Numbered from the whole stretch's first letter, positions 1-12,287 are shown. The stretch: 63,805 bases of DNA, filler included, from 16 parts of 16 records of this genome joined end to end with filler, not necessarily neighbours in it, one strand, 5' to 3'. The notes: generated from the sequence alone by a model not told the origin. Numbers and translations: made by a program.

Positions 1-418
<418 letters not shown>

Positions 419-539
419 TTTTACAAATCAGTAACAAAAGTAAAGAAGGCGACACCATGCGACTATGGGTCGCCTTTATTTTTCCCCGTTGTAACATTGC
501 TCTGCAAATAATTCTGATAACTCACCTGCTAAGCGTGCA

Positions 540-2306
540 ATGAATAAATCTCGTCAAAAAGAGTTAACCCGCTGGTTAAAACAGCAAAGCGTCATCTCCC
601 AACGTTGGCTGAATATTTCTCGTCTGCTGGGCTTTGTGAGCGGCATATTGATCATTGCCCAGGCCTGGTTCATGGCGCGAATTCTGCAACATATGATTAT
701 GGAGAATATTCCCCGTGAAGCCCTGCTGCTTCCCTTTACGTTACTGGTTCTGACCTTTGTACTGCGCGCATGGGTGGTCTGGTTACGCGAACGGGTGGGT
801 TATCACGCCGGGCAGCATATCCGCTTTGCCATCCGCCGTCAGGTTCTCGACCGTCTGCAACAAGCAGGGCCAGCGTGGATTCAGGGTAAACCTGCGGGGA
901 GCTGGGCGACGCTGGTACTCGAGCAAATTGACGATATGCATGATTACTATGCACGCTATCTGCCGCAAATGGCGCTGGCAGTGTCGGTGCCGTTGCTGAT
1001 TGTGGTGGCAATCTTCCCCTCTAACTGGGCTGCGGCGCTCATTCTGCTGGGCACTGCACCGTTAATTCCGTTGTTTATGGCGCTGGTTGGAATGGGGGCT
1101 GCCGATGCTAACCGACGTAACTTTCTCGCTCTTGCTCGCTTAAGTGGGCATTTCCTCGATCGCCTGCGCGGCATGGAAACATTGCGTATTTTTGGTCGTG
1201 GTGAAGCTGAAATTGAAAGTATTCGTTCTGCTTCGGAAGATTTCCGCCAACGGACAATGGAAGTGCTACGGCTGGCGTTTTTATCCTCCGGCATTCTCGA
1301 ATTTTTTACCTCGCTGTCAATTGCTCTGGTGGCGGTCTACTTTGGTTTTTCCTATCTCGGCGAGCTGGATTTTGGTCACTACGATACCGGTGTGACGCTG
1401 GCTGCGGGTTTTCTGGCCCTGATCCTTGCGCCAGAGTTTTTCCAGCCATTACGCGATCTCGGTACGTTTTATCATGCTAAAGCCCAGGCTGTTGGCGCAG
1501 CTGACAGTCTGAAAACGTTTATGGAAACCCCGCTCGCCCATCCGCAACGTGGTGAGGCGGAATTAGCATCGACCGATCCGGTGACCATTGAGGCCGAGGA
1601 GCTGTTTATCACGTCGCCGGAAGGTAAAACGCTGGCCGGACCGCTGAACTTTACTTTGCCAGCAGGCCAACGTGCGGTGTTGGTTGGTCGCAGCGGTTCA
1701 GGTAAAAGCTCACTGCTGAACGCGCTTTCTGGTTTTCTCTCATATCAGGGATCGCTACGAATCAACGGGATAGAATTACGCGATTTATCACCAGAATCAT
1801 GGCGTAAACATCTCTCCTGGGTTGGGCAAAACCCACAATTACCGGCAGCAACATTGCGGGATAACGTACTACTGGCGCGACCTGATGCCAGCGAACAAGA
1901 ATTACAAGCAGCGCTGGATAACGCCTGGGTCAGCGAGTTTCTACCGCTCCTCCCACAAGGCGTTGATACGCCTGTTGGCGACCAGGCTGCCCGCCTTTCC
2001 GTGGGGCAGGCGCAGCGCGTGGCGGTGGCCCGTGCGTTACTAAATCCCTGTTCGCTATTACTGTTGGATGAACCCGCTGCCAGCCTTGATGCTCACAGTG
2101 AACAGCGCGTAATGGAGGCGCTGAATGCCGCCTCTCTGCGCCAGACAACGTTAATGGTCACCCACCAGTTAGAAGATCTTGCTGACTGGGATGTCATTTG
2201 GGTTATGCAGGATGGCCGGATTATTGAGCAAGGACGTTACGCGGAATTAAGTGTGGCTGGTGGCCCATTCGCCACATTACTGGCCCATCGTCAGGAGGAG
2301 ATTTAA
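540..2306 (+). CDS. cydD: Cysteine/glutathione ABC exporter subunit CydD
   Basis: 588 aa, membrane domain plus Walker A GRSGSGKS; recognised E. coli sequence. Confidence 0.97.
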   Translation: MNKSRQKELTRWLKQQSVISQRWLNISRLLGFVSGILIIAQAWFMARILQHMIMENIPREALLLPFTLLVLTFVLRAWVVWLRERVGYHAGQHIRFAIRRQVLDRLQQAGPAWIQGKPAGSWATLVLEQIDDMHDYYARYLPQMALAVSVPLLIVVAIFPSNWAAALILLGTAPLIPLFMALVGMGAADANRRNFLALARLSGHFLDRLRGMETLRIFGRGEAEIESIRSASEDFRQRTMEVLRLAFLSSGILEFFTSLSIALVAVYFGFSYLGELDFGHYDTGVTLAAGFLALILAPEFFQPLRDLGTFYHAKAQAVGAADSLKTFMETPLAHPQRGEAELASTDPVTIEAEELFITSPEGKTLAGPLNFTLPAGQRAVLVGRSGSGKSSLLNALSGFLSYQGSLRINGIELRDLSPESWRKHLSWVGQNPQLPAATLRDNVLLARPDASEQELQAALDNAWVSEFLPLLPQGVDTPVGDQAARLSVGQAQRVAVARALLNPCSLLLLDEPAASLDAHSEQRVMEALNAASLRQTTLMVTHQLEDLADWDVIWVMQDGRIIEQGRYAELSVAGGPFATLLAHRQEEI

Positions 2307-4028
2307 ATGCGCGCTTTGCTACCCTATCTGGCACTGTATAAACGTCATAAATGGATGTTAAGTCTTGGTATTGTGCTGGCAATTGTGACGCTGCTCGCCA
2401 GTATCGGTCTGTTGACACTTTCCGGCTGGTTCCTCTCGGCCTCAGCGGTTGCGGGGGTTGCCGGACTGTACAGCTTCAACTATATGCTACCCGCTGCGGG
2501 CGTGCGTGGCGCAGCAATCACCCGTACTGCCGGGCGCTATTTTGAACGTCTGGTAAGTCACGACGCGACTTTCCGCGTGTTGCAGCATCTGCGCATTTAC
2601 ACCTTCAGCAAATTGCTGCCCCTCTCCCCTGCCGGACTGGCGCGCTATCGTCAGGGCGAATTGCTCAATCGCGTGGTGGCGGATGTTGATACGCTCGATC
2701 ATCTTTACCTGCGCGTTATCTCGCCGCTGGTGGGCGCTTTTGTGGTGATTATGGTGGTGACAATCGGGTTAAGTTTCCTTGATTTCACCCTCGCCTTTAC
2801 GCTGGGCGGCATTATGTTACTGACGCTTTTCCTGATGCCACCGCTGTTTTATCGTGCGGGAAAAAGCACCGGGCAAAATCTGACTCATCTTCGCGGACAG
2901 TATCGCCAACAACTGACGGCCTGGCTGCAAGGGCAAGCTGAGCTGACCATTTTTGGTGCCAGCGATCGTTATCGCACGCAACTAGAGAATACAGAAATTC
3001 AATGGCTGGAAGCGCAACGCCGTCAATCTGAACTGACCGCATTGTCGCAAGCGATAATGCTGCTCATTGGCGCGTTAGCGGTGATCCTGATGCTGTGGAT
3101 GGCGTCTGGCGGCGTTGGCGGCAATGCTCAACCCGGCGCGTTAATTGCCCTGTTTGTCTTCTGCGCGTTAGCCGCGTTTGAAGCACTGGCACCAGTAACG
3201 GGTGCATTTCAGCATCTGGGGCAAGTCATTGCCTCTGCCGTACGTATCTCTGACTTAACGGATCAAAAACCGGAGGTCACCTTTCCTGATACCCAAACTC
3301 GTGTTGCCGATCGCGTTTCGCTGACGTTACGGGATGTTCAGTTCACTTATCCGGAGCAATCTCAACAGGCACTTAAAGGGATTTCTCTTCAGGTAAACGC
3401 CGGGGAACATATAGCGATTCTCGGGCGAACCGGATGCGGCAAATCAACACTGTTACAACAGCTGACCCGCGCATGGGACCCGCAACAGGGCGAGATTTTG
3501 CTTAACGATAGCCCCATAGCCAGCCTGAATGAAGCGGCTCTACGACAGACCATCAGCGTTGTTCCTCAGCGAGTGCATCTGTTTAGCGCCACGCTGCGTG
3601 ATAATCTTTTACTCGCCTCGCCTGGCAGTAGTGATGAGGCTCTGTCGGAGATCTTGCGTCGCGTTGGCCTGGAAAAGCTGCTCGAGGATGCAGGTCTCAA
3701 CAGTTGGTTAGGTGAAGGCGGACGCCAGCTCTCCGGTGGTGAACTGCGCCGTCTGGCTATCGCCCGTGCGCTGTTACATGATGCGCCACTGGTGTTGCTG
3801 GATGAACCTACCGAAGGCTTAGATGCCACAACCGAAAGCCAGATCCTTGAATTGCTTGCAGAAATGATGCGTGAGAAAACGGTGTTAATGGTCACCCATC
3901 GACTTCGCGGACTCTCTCGTTTCCAACAAATAATAGTGATGGACAACGGGCAAATTATTGAGCAAGGTACTCACGCAGAACTGCTTGCCAGACAGGGGCG
4001 TTATTACCAGTTCAAGCAGGGTTTGTAA
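2307..4028 (+). CDS. cydC: Cysteine/glutathione ABC exporter subunit CydC
   Basis: 573 aa, GRTGCGKS and LSGGE motifs; abuts cydD. Confidence 0.97.
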   Translation: MRALLPYLALYKRHKWMLSLGIVLAIVTLLASIGLLTLSGWFLSASAVAGVAGLYSFNYMLPAAGVRGAAITRTAGRYFERLVSHDATFRVLQHLRIYTFSKLLPLSPAGLARYRQGELLNRVVADVDTLDHLYLRVISPLVGAFVVIMVVTIGLSFLDFTLAFTLGGIMLLTLFLMPPLFYRAGKSTGQNLTHLRGQYRQQLTAWLQGQAELTIFGASDRYRTQLENTEIQWLEAQRRQSELTALSQAIMLLIGALAVILMLWMASGGVGGNAQPGALIALFVFCALAAFEALAPVTGAFQHLGQVIASAVRISDLTDQKPEVTFPDTQTRVADRVSLTLRDVQFTYPEQSQQALKGISLQVNAGEHIAILGRTGCGKSTLLQQLTRAWDPQQGEILLNDSPIASLNEAALRQTISVVPQRVHLFSATLRDNLLLASPGSSDEALSEILRRVGLEKLLEDAGLNSWLGEGGRQLSGGELRRLAIARALLHDAPLVLLDEPTEGLDATTESQILELLAEMMREKTVLMVTHRLRGLSRFQQIIVMDNGQIIEQGTHAELLARQGRYYQFKQGL

Positions 4029-4069
4029 GCTATTATTGAACGATCCGACTTGCGTGGAGTTTTGCGGTC

Positions 4070-4774
4070 ATGCGCCTGGTTCAGCTTTCTCGCCATTCAA
4101 TAGCCTTCCCTTCCCCGGAAGGCGCATTACGTGAGCCTAACGGCCTGCTGGCACTTGGGGGCGATCTTAGCCCTGCGCGCCTGTTAATGGCTTACCAGCG
4201 TGGTATTTTTCCGTGGTTTTCTCCAGGCGACCCCATCCTCTGGTGGTCGCCCGATCCCCGCGCGGTGCTATGGCCAGAATCACTGCATATCAGCCGTAGT
4301 ATGAAGCGATTTCATAAACGCTCGCCCTATCGTGTCACGATGAATTACGCTTTTGGTCAGGTCATTGAAGGCTGTGCCAGCGATCGCGAAGAAGGAACCT
4401 GGATCACGCGTGGCGTGGTCGAAGCCTACCATCGCCTTCACGAACTCGGCCATGCCCACTCCATTGAAGTCTGGCGTGAAGATGAGCTTGTCGGCGGTAT
4501 GTACGGCGTGGCCCAGGGAACGCTATTTTGTGGCGAGTCCATGTTCAGCCGGATGGAAAATGCGTCTAAAACGGCGCTTCTGGTATTCTGTGAGGAATTT
4601 ATCGGTCATGGCGGTAAGCTTATCGACTGCCAGGTCCTTAACGATCACACAGCATCGCTTGGTGCCTGCGAAATTCCCCGCCGGGATTACCTTAATTATC
4701 TCAATCAAATGCGCCTCGGACGATTGCCGAATAATTTCTGGGTACCACGATGCTTGTTTTCACCACAAGAATGA
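4070..4774 (+). CDS. aat: Leucyl/phenylalanyl-tRNA-protein transferase
   Basis: 234 aa, GIFPW...[15 protein letters not shown]. Confidence 0.97.
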
Positions 4775-5055
4775 ATGTTTTCGGCACATTTCTCCCCAGA
4801 GTGTTATAATTGCGGTCGCAGAGTTGGTTACGCTCATTACCCCGCTGCCGATAAGGAATTTTTCGCGTCAGGTAACGCCCATCGTTTATCTCACCGCTCC
4901 CTTATACGTTGCGCTTTTGGTGCGGCTTAGCCGTGTGTTTTCGGAGTAATGTGCCGAACCTGTTTGTTGCGATTTAGCGCGCAAATCTTTACTTATTTAC
5001 AGAACTTCGGCATTATCTTGCCGGTTCAAATTACGGTAGTGATACCCCAGAGGAT

Positions 5056-5277
<222 letters not shown>

Positions 5278-5315
5278 TTGTTTTACCGCCTGATGGGCGA
5301 AGAGAAAGAACGAGT

Positions 5316-5346
5316 AAAAGGTCGGTTTAACCGGCCTTTTTATTTT
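5316..5346 (+). terminator. Rho-independent terminator after infA
   Basis: aaaaggtcgg-tttaa-ccggcctttt hairpin followed by T-tract. Confidence 0.75.
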
Positions 5347-5530
5347 GTGATATGTATGAAGTACTTTGGAAGTATAAGTCCGTAACTTGTCTCGATGTAG
5401 ATATACTGCACAACTTGTTTACAGTATGAGCAAACAATAATTATCATTAAAATTCTTCTTGACCGTTTTACTCCAACTCCCTATAGTAGCGCCCCGTTGC
5501 CACCCATGAGGTTTGGTAGCAAAACAATTT

Positions 5531-5553
5531 GGTGAGGTGTCCGAGTGGCTGAA
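5531..5553 (+). tRNA. serW: tRNA-Ser 5' fragment, cut by contig end
   Basis: GGTGAGGTGTCCGAGTGGCTGAA (acceptor 5' strand and D-arm), downstream of infA as in E. coli. Confidence 0.85.
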
Positions 5554-5653
5554 NNNNNNNNNNNNNNNNNNNNNNNNNNNNNNNNNNNNNNNNNNNNTTA
5601 ATTAATTAANNNNNNNNNNNNNNNNNNNNNNNNNNNNNNNNNNNNNNNNNNNN
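5554..5653. other. Artificial 100-bp contig linker. Identical copies at 8827, 13596, 18363, 21169, 26841, 34485, 37397, 40086, 46487, 50639, 53414, 56579, 58804 and 61612
   Basis: 44 N + TTAATTAATTAA (stops in all six frames) + 44 N, 15 copies; genes are cut at the linkers. Confidence 0.99.
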
Positions 5654-5750
5654 CGGATAAGATGCGCCAGCATCGCATCCGGCAATGCGCACAAGGTAAC
5701 AAATGTGCCATTCATGTCAGATGCGGCGTGAACGCCTTATCTGACCTACG
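5654..5750. repeat. REP/BIME element
   Basis: cggataagatgcgccagcatcgcatccggc and tgtcagatgcggcgtgaacgccttatctgacctacg match the REP consensus. Confidence 0.9.
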
Positions 5751-5767
5751 TTCGACACCACCAGGCT

Positions 5768-6526
5768 TTACTTAATCCCATCCGCGCTCATGCGATCGCG
5801 AATATGCTGGGCGCGTTCGGCGGATGCAGGATGGTCGTCAAACATTGAGCTTTGGCGACCTTCTTCCAGTTTTGCCAGTTTTTCAAAGCTGGTGGCAAGA
5901 CCTGCCGGGCTGATGCCGCGTTGGCGCAGAAGATCGTAAGAATAATCATCGGCTTCTGCTTCCTGGCGCTGGGAGAATTGCGAATTGACTAATTTCTCGC
6001 CCAGATTACCAAGTTGTGATTGAGATAAACTTCCGACAATCCCGCCCGCAGAGGCCGCAGCTACTCGCACGGCATTTGTACCAAGTGCCACCTGCATTCC
6101 TTTTTTCACATGGCCTAACGCCACGTGCCCCATTTCGTGACCGATCACCGCTTCGACTTCGTTATCCGTCATCATATCCATCAGCCCGCTATAGACGCGG
6201 ATACAGCCGTTAGCCATTGCAAAGGCGTTCACATCCTTCGCCATATACACTTTGTAATTTACCGGCTGACCGTTGATATTGTTGCCTAGCGCATTGGCAA
6301 TAGTTGTCAGACGTTTAGCGTATTCGCTATTGGCTGGCGCAATCGTCGCCTTGCTGTCCATCTCCTGACATGCCTGATCGCTCAGGGTTTTCACCTGCGC
6401 ATCACTCAAACTGTAAGCCTGAAAAGCTTCCGCTCCTGATGAGAGCAGTCCGTTGGAGTCCATATTCTGGCAACCAGTCAGTACCGTTGCCACGCTCATT
6501 GCTACCAATAAGGCGCGAATTTTCAT
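5768..6526 (-). CDS. loiP: Outer-membrane metalloprotease lipoprotein LoiP (YggG)
   Basis: Start MKIRALL at 6526, lipobox LTGC, HEMGH zinc motif; 252 aa. Confidence 0.95.
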   Translation of the reverse strand: MKIRALLVAMSVATVLTGCQNMDSNGLLSSGAEAFQAYSLSDAQVKTLSDQACQEMDSKATIAPANSEYAKRLTTIANALGNNINGQPVNYKVYMAKDVNAFAMANGCIRVYSGLMDMMTDNEVEAVIGHEMGHVALGHVKKGMQVALGTNAVRVAAASAGGIVGSLSQSQLGNLGEKLVNSQFSQRQEAEADDYSYDLLRQRGISPAGLATSFEKLAKLEEGRQSSMFDDHPASAERAQHIRDRMSADGIK

Positions 6527-6803
6527 GTTTTCTCTTCCGCACAAGGTCAGGATTATTCTAAAAATGCGCCGTTTGCAGGTGAATCGACGCTCAGTCTCAG
6601 TATAAGGAAAAGCGCAGCGGACGGGCGAGTAGATTGCGCAACATGCGAGCATGATCCAGAGATTTCTGAAGCGGCAAAAGGATGTTCCATGTACATGACG
6701 CGCGGCTTGCGGTAAATTGTTGGCAAATTTTCCGGCGTAGCCCAAAACGCGCTGTCGTCAAGTCGTTAAGGGCGTGCCCTTCATCATCCGATCTGGAGTC
6801 AAA

Positions 6804-8795
6804 ATGTCCTCACGTAAAGAGCTTGCCAATGCTATTCGTGCGCTGAGCATGGACGCAGTACAGAAAGCCAAATCCGGTCACCCGGGTGCCCCTATGGGTA
6901 TGGCTGACATTGCCGAAGTCCTGTGGCGTGATTTCCTGAAACACAACCCGCAGAATCCGTCCTGGGCTGACCGTGACCGCTTCGTGCTGTCCAACGGCCA
7001 CGGCTCCATGCTGATCTACAGCCTGCTGCACCTCACCGGTTACGATCTGCCGATGGAAGAACTGAAAAACTTCCGTCAGCTGCACTCTAAAACTCCGGGT
7101 CACCCGGAAGTGGGTTACACCGCTGGTGTGGAAACCACCACCGGTCCGCTGGGTCAGGGTATTGCCAACGCAGTCGGTATGGCGATTGCAGAAAAAACGC
7201 TGGCGGCGCAGTTTAACCGTCCGGGCCACGACATTGTCGACCACTACACCTACGCCTTCATGGGCGACGGCTGCATGATGGAAGGCATCTCCCACGAAGT
7301 TTGCTCTCTGGCGGGTACGCTGAAGCTGGGTAAACTGATTGCATTCTACGATGACAACGGTATTTCTATCGATGGTCACGTTGAAGGCTGGTTCACCGAC
7401 GACACCGCAATGCGTTTCGAAGCTTACGGCTGGCACGTTATTCGCGACATCGACGGTCATGACGCGGCATCTATCAAACGCGCAGTAGAAGAAGCGCGCG
7501 CAGTGACTGACAAACCTTCCCTGCTGATGTGCAAAACCATCATCGGTTTCGGTTCCCCGAACAAAGCCGGTACCCACGACTCCCACGGTGCGCCGCTGGG
7601 CGACGCTGAAATTGCCCTGACCCGCGAACAACTGGGCTGGAAATATGCGCCGTTCGAAATCCCGTCTGAAATCTATGCTCAGTGGGATGCGAAAGAAGCA
7701 GGCCAGGCGAAAGAATCCGCATGGAACGAGAAATTCGCTGCTTACGCGAAAGCTTATCCGCAGGAAGCCGCTGAATTTACCCGCCGTATGAAAGGCGAAA
7801 TGCCGTCTGACTTCGACGCTAAAGCGAAAGAGTTCATCGCTAAACTGCAGGCTAATCCGGCGAAAATCGCCAGCCGTAAAGCGTCTCAGAATGCTATCGA
7901 AGCGTTCGGTCCGCTGTTGCCGGAATTCCTCGGCGGTTCTGCTGACCTGGCGCCGTCTAACCTGACCCTGTGGTCTGGTTCTAAAGCAATCAACGAAGAT
8001 GCTGCGGGTAACTACATCCACTACGGTGTTCGCGAGTTCGGTATGACCGCGATTGCTAACGGTATCTCCCTGCACGGTGGCTTCCTGCCGTACACCTCCA
8101 CCTTCCTGATGTTCGTGGAATACGCACGTAACGCCGTACGTATGGCTGCGCTGATGAAACAGCGTCAGGTGATGGTTTACACCCACGACTCCATCGGTCT
8201 GGGCGAAGACGGCCCGACTCACCAGCCGGTTGAGCAGGTCGCTTCTCTGCGCGTAACCCCGAACATGTCTACATGGCGTCCGTGTGACCAGGTTGAATCC
8301 GCGGTCGCGTGGAAATACGGTGTTGAGCGTCAGGACGGCCCGACCGCACTGATCCTCTCCCGTCAGAACCTGGCGCAGCAGGAACGAACTGAAGAGCAAC
8401 TGGCAAACATCGCGCGCGGTGGTTATGTGCTGAAAGACTGCGCCGGTCAGCCGGAACTGATTTTCATCGCTACCGGTTCAGAAGTTGAACTGGCTGTTGC
8501 TGCCTACGAAAAACTGACTGCCGAAGGCGTGAAAGCGCGCGTGGTGTCCATGCCGTCTACCGACGCATTTGACAAGCAGGATGCTGCTTACCGTGAATCC
8601 GTACTGCCGAAAGCGGTTACTGCACGCGTTGCTGTAGAAGCGGGTATTGCTGACTACTGGTACAAGTATGTTGGCCTGAACGGTGCTATCGTCGGTATGA
8701 CCACCTTCGGTGAATCTGCTCCGGCAGAGCTGCTGTTTGAAGAGTTCGGCTTCACTGTTGATAACGTTGTTGCGAAAGCAAAAGAACTGCTGTAA
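6804..8795 (+). CDS. tktA: Transketolase 1
   Basis: [39 protein letters not shown] motif; 663 aa. Confidence 0.98.
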   Translation: MSSRKELANAIRALSMDAVQKAKSGHPGAPMGMADIAEVLWRDFLKHNPQNPSWADRDRFVLSNGHGSMLIYSLLHLTGYDLPMEELKNFRQLHSKTPGHPEVGYTAGVETTTGPLGQGIANAVGMAIAEKTLAAQFNRPGHDIVDHYTYAFMGDGCMMEGISHEVCSLAGTLKLGKLIAFYDDNGISIDGHVEGWFTDDTAMRFEAYGWHVIRDIDGHDAASIKRAVEEARAVTDKPSLLMCKTIIGFGSPNKAGTHDSHGAPLGDAEIALTREQLGWKYAPFEIPSEIYAQWDAKEAGQAKESAWNEKFAAYAKAYPQEAAEFTRRMKGEMPSDFDAKAKEFIAKLQANPAKIASRKASQNAIEAFGPLLPEFLGGSADLAPSNLTLWSGSKAINEDAAGNYIHYGVREFGMTAIANGISLHGGFLPYTSTFLMFVEYARNAVRMAALMKQRQVMVYTHDSIGLGEDGPTHQPVEQVASLRVTPNMSTWRPCDQVESAVAWKYGVERQDGPTALILSRQNLAQQERTEEQLANIARGGYVLKDCAGQPELIFIATGSEVELAVAAYEKLTAEGVKARVVSMPSTDAFDKQDAAYRESVLPKAVTARVAVEAGIADYWYKYVGLNGAIVGMTTFGESAPAELLFEEFGFTVDNVVAKAKELL

Positions 8796-9029
8796 TTAGC
8801 ATTTCGGGTAAAAACGGTCGCTTCGGNNNNNNNNNNNNNNNNNNNNNNNNNNNNNNNNNNNNNNNNNNNNTTAATTAATTAANNNNNNNNNNNNNNNNNN
8901 NNNNNNNNNNNNNNNNNNNNNNNNNNTGGAATTCTGTTGAAATTGACGTCAAACAGATCCGCAAAGTAAATCCGTAATTGTTACCGCTCCCGGGACGCGT
9001 TCCCGGGAATAATTTCGCAGGGAGGCAAA

Positions 9030-9512
9030 ATGACAAACCTGACACTGGATGTAAACATTATCGATTTCCCATCAATACCTGTGGCGATGTTGCCGCACCG
9101 CTGTAGCCCTGAATTGCTCAACTACAGCGTGGCGAAATTTATCATGTGGCGTAAAGAGACGGGGCTTTCTCCTGTTAACCAAAGCCAGACTTTTGGCGTC
9201 GCCTGGGACGACCCTGCCACCACCGCACCGGAAGCGTTTCGCTTTGATATCTGCGGCAGCGTTAGCGAACCGATTCCCGATAATCGTTATGGTGTGAGCA
9301 ATGGTGAACTTACCGGTGGACGTTATGCCGTGGCCCGCCACGTTGGCGAGCTGGACGATATTTCACACACGGTATGGGGCATCATTCGCCACTGGCTGCC
9401 TGCAAGCGGCGAGAAAATGCGTAAAGCACCGATTCTGTTTCACTACACCAATCTTGCCGAAGGGGTGACAGAGCAGCGACTGGAAACGGATGTTTATGTG
9501 CCGTTGGCGTGA
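9030..9512 (+). CDS. ygiV: GyrI-like domain regulator YgiV
   Basis: 160 aa GyrI-like protein upstream of mqsRA. Confidence 0.9.
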   Translation: MTNLTLDVNIIDFPSIPVAMLPHRCSPELLNYSVAKFIMWRKETGLSPVNQSQTFGVAWDDPATTAPEAFRFDICGSVSEPIPDNRYGVSNGELTGGRYAVARHVGELDDISHTVWGIIRHWLPASGEKMRKAPILFHYTNLAEGVTEQRLETDVYVPLA

Positions 9513-9640
9513 TGCCTGACTCCAGCTTCCCTTATAAATTCCTGCTTCAAACTGGCGCTACTAATGCGCCACTTTCTTATATGGTCAATCACTTTCCTTA
9601 AAGAATACGTTTTGTGTGGTCACTATCTCCGTACATCTAA

Positions 9641-9688
9641 CTAACCTTTTAGGTGCTTTTTCATTGCTGTAATTAACCTTTTAGGTTA
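9641..9688. promoter_or_regulatory. Two MqsA operator palindromes in the mqsRA promoter
   Basis: ACCT-TTT-AGGT at 9644-9654 and TAACCTTTTAGGTTA at 9674-9688. Confidence 0.9.
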
Positions 9689-9716
9689 TAACTAAAGTAA
9701 CAGGGAGGCGGGGGTT

Positions 9717-10013
9717 ATGGAAAAACGCACACCACATACACGTTTGAGTCAGGTTAAAAAACTTGTCAATGCCGGGCAAGTTCGTACAACACGTAGTGCC
9801 CTGTTAAATGCAGATGAGTTAGGTTTGGATTTTGATGGTATGTGTAATGTTATCATTGGATTATCAGAGAGCGACTTTTATAAAAGCATGACCACCTACT
9901 CTGATCATACTATCTGGCAGGATGTTTACAGACCCAGGCTTGTTACAGGCCAGGTTTATCTTAAAATTACGGTAATTCATGACGTACTGATCGTCTCGTT
10001 TAAGGAGAAGTAA
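9717..10013 (+). CDS. mqsR: mRNA interferase toxin MqsR
   Basis: MEKRTPHTRLSQVKKLV...SFKEK, 98 aa. Confidence 0.97.
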   Translation: MEKRTPHTRLSQVKKLVNAGQVRTTRSALLNADELGLDFDGMCNVIIGLSESDFYKSMTTYSDHTIWQDVYRPRLVTGQVYLKITVIHDVLIVSFKEK

Positions 10014-10014
10014 T

Positions 10015-10410
10015 ATGAAATGTCCGGTTTGCCACCAGGGAGAAATGGTTTCTGGCATTAAAGATATTCCATACACCTTCCGTGGACGAAAAACAGTATT
10101 GAAAGGTATCCACGGTTTATATTGTGTCCATTGCGAAGAGAGCATCATGAATAAAGAAGAGTCAGATGCTTTCATGGCGCAAGTAAAGGCATTTCGGGCT
10201 TCGGTGAATGCCGAAACAGTGGCACCTGAATTTATAGTGAAGGTTCGAAAAAAGCTCTCTCTTACCCAAAAAGAGGCAAGCGAAATTTTTGGGGGAGGTG
10301 TAAATGCGTTTTCGCGTTACGAAAAAGGCAATGCCCAACCTCATCCTTCCACAATCAAACTTTTACGTGTTCTGGATAAGCATCCAGAACTATTGAATGA
10401 AATCCGTTAA
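10015..10410 (+). CDS. mqsA: Antitoxin MqsA (zinc finger plus HTH)
   Basis: CPVC...CVHC and C-terminal HTH; 131 aa. Confidence 0.97.
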   Translation: MKCPVCHQGEMVSGIKDIPYTFRGRKTVLKGIHGLYCVHCEESIMNKEESDAFMAQVKAFRASVNAETVAPEFIVKVRKKLSLTQKEASEIFGGGVNAFSRYEKGNAQPHPSTIKLLRVLDKHPELLNEIR

Positions 10411-10542
10411 TTAATGGAAAAGCGGGGGCAACTCGCTTTTTTCTTTACCGGAGTGTGAGCCAAATCACTCGCGATAAGTTTGAGCGAACAATGCCACAGG
10501 CGTATTGTTGTTGGGCTTATAATTTCTCCGGTAAGGAATACC

Positions 10543-12150
10543 ATGTATACGCGAAATTTATTATGGCTGGTCAGCCTGGTAAGTGCGGCTCCTCTCTACG
10601 CTGCTGACGTTCCCGCCAACACACCGCTCGCCCCGCAACAAGTCTTTCGTTACAACAATCATAGCGACCCAGGTACGCTCGACCCGCAAAAGGTGGAGGA
10701 GAATACTGCCGCGCAGATTGTGCTGGATCTGTTTGAAGGTCTGGTATGGATGGACGGTGAAGGCCAGGTGCAGCCCGCTCAGGCTGAACGCTGGGAGATA
10801 CTGGACGGCGGCAAGCGCTATATTTTCCATCTGCGTAGCGGTTTGCAGTGGTCCGACGGTCAGCCTCTGACGGCAGAGGATTTTGTCCTCGGCTGGCAGC
10901 GCGCGGTTGACCCGAAAACGGCAAGCCCTTTTGCTGGCTATCTGGCACAGGCGCACATTAACAATGCCGCAGCTATTGTTGCGGGTAAAGCAGATGTTAC
11001 ATCGCTGGGTGTCAAAGCGACGGATGATCGTACTCTTGAAGTTACGCTTGAGCAGCCGGTTCCTTGGTTCACGACGATGCTCGCCTGGCCGACGCTGTTC
11101 CCGGTTCCTCATCATGTCATCGCTAAACATGGCGATAGCTGGAGTAAGCCAGAGAACATGGTTTACAACGGTGCCTTTGTGCTTGATCAGTGGGTAGTTA
11201 ACGAAAAGATTACTGCACGCAAAAATCCAAAGTACCGCGATGCGCAACATACAGTATTGCAACAGGTTGAGTATCTGGCGCTAGATAATTCGGTCACCGG
11301 CTATAACCGCTATCGCGCGGGAGAGGTCGATCTCACCTGGGTTCCGGCGCAGCAAATTCCCGCCATTGAAAAATCACTGCCTGGCGAGCTACGAATTATT
11401 CCGCGTCTGAACAGCGAATATTACAACTTCAACCTTGAGAAACCGCCATTTAACGATGTGCGAGTGCGTCGGGCGCTATATCTTACGGTTGATCGACAGC
11501 TTATTGCGCAAAAGGTACTGGGGTTGAGAACGCCCGCAACCACGCTGACGCCGCCAGAGGTAAAAGGCTTTAGCGCGACGACGTTCGATGAACTGCAAAA
11601 GCCAATGAGTGAGCGCGTCGCGATGGCAAAAGCCTTGCTGAAACAGGCGGGATACGACGCCTCTCATCCGCTACGCTTTGAGCTGTTCTACAACAAGTAC
11701 GATCTGCATGAAAAGACCGCGATAGCGTTGTCTTCCGAATGGAAAAAATGGCTGGGTGCACAGGTGACGCTGCGCACAATGGAGTGGAAAACCTATCTTG
11801 ATGCCCGACGAGCCGGTGATTTCATGCTGTCTCGGCAGTCGTGGGATGCGACGTACAATGATGCTTCCAGCTTCCTGAACACGCTCAAAAGCGATAGTGA
11901 AGAAAACGTCGGTCACTGGAAAAATGCGCAGTATGACGCCTTACTAAACCAGGCCACGCAGATCACTGATGCGACAAAGCGTAATGCGTTGTATCAGCAG
12001 GCAGAAGTGATCATCAACCAACAGGCACCGCTGATTCCTATCTACTATCAGCCGTTAATCAAACTGCTTAAACCCTACGTTGGCGGTTTTCCGCTGCATA
12101 ATCCCCAGGATTATGTCTACAGCAAAGAGTTGTATATCAAGGCACATTGA
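10543..12150 (+). CDS. ygiS: OppA-family periplasmic binding protein YgiS
   Basis: 535 aa from MYTRNLL; solute-binding family 5 motifs (LDP, LFEGLV, WSDGQPLTAEDF). Confidence 0.92.
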   Translation: MYTRNLLWLVSLVSAAPLYAADVPANTPLAPQQVFRYNNHSDPGTLDPQKVEENTAAQIVLDLFEGLVWMDGEGQVQPAQAERWEILDGGKRYIFHLRSGLQWSDGQPLTAEDFVLGWQRAVDPKTASPFAGYLAQAHINNAAAIVAGKADVTSLGVKATDDRTLEVTLEQPVPWFTTMLAWPTLFPVPHHVIAKHGDSWSKPENMVYNGAFVLDQWVVNEKITARKNPKYRDAQHTVLQQVEYLALDNSVTGYNRYRAGEVDLTWVPAQQIPAIEKSLPGELRIIPRLNSEYYNFNLEKPPFNDVRVRRALYLTVDRQLIAQKVLGLRTPATTLTPPEVKGFSATTFDELQKPMSERVAMAKALLKQAGYDASHPLRFELFYNKYDLHEKTAIALSSEWKKWLGAQVTLRTMEWKTYLDARRAGDFMLSRQSWDATYNDASSFLNTLKSDSEENVGHWKNAQYDALLNQATQITDATKRNALYQQAEVIINQQAPLIPIYYQPLIKLLKPYVGGFPLHNPQDYVYSKELYIKAH

Positions 12151-12287
12151 TGCCTTTATCGCCGTCGGAGCACGTCCGGCGGCGCTATTCACGTTGATCT
12201 CCTGTGACTCGACGCGGCAGATAATGTAGTATCTCCGGCAATATTGCCCCTTTGAAGGCTGGCGAATAAGTTGAGGAATCAGAATTA

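Noticed and set aside
5554-5653. Recurrent palindrome TTAATTAATTAA flanked by N runs as a biological repeat
   Set aside because: Fixed 100-bp artificial linker with stops in all six frames.
6810-8399. 529-aa antisense ORF over tktA (similar shadows over iscS, deoC, ybhA and bioP)
   Set aside because: Antisense shadow ORFs produced by codon bias in real genes; no motifs.
9717-10410. mqsRA toxin-antitoxin with palindromic operators as a novel system
   Set aside because: Well-characterised E. coli K-12 locus.
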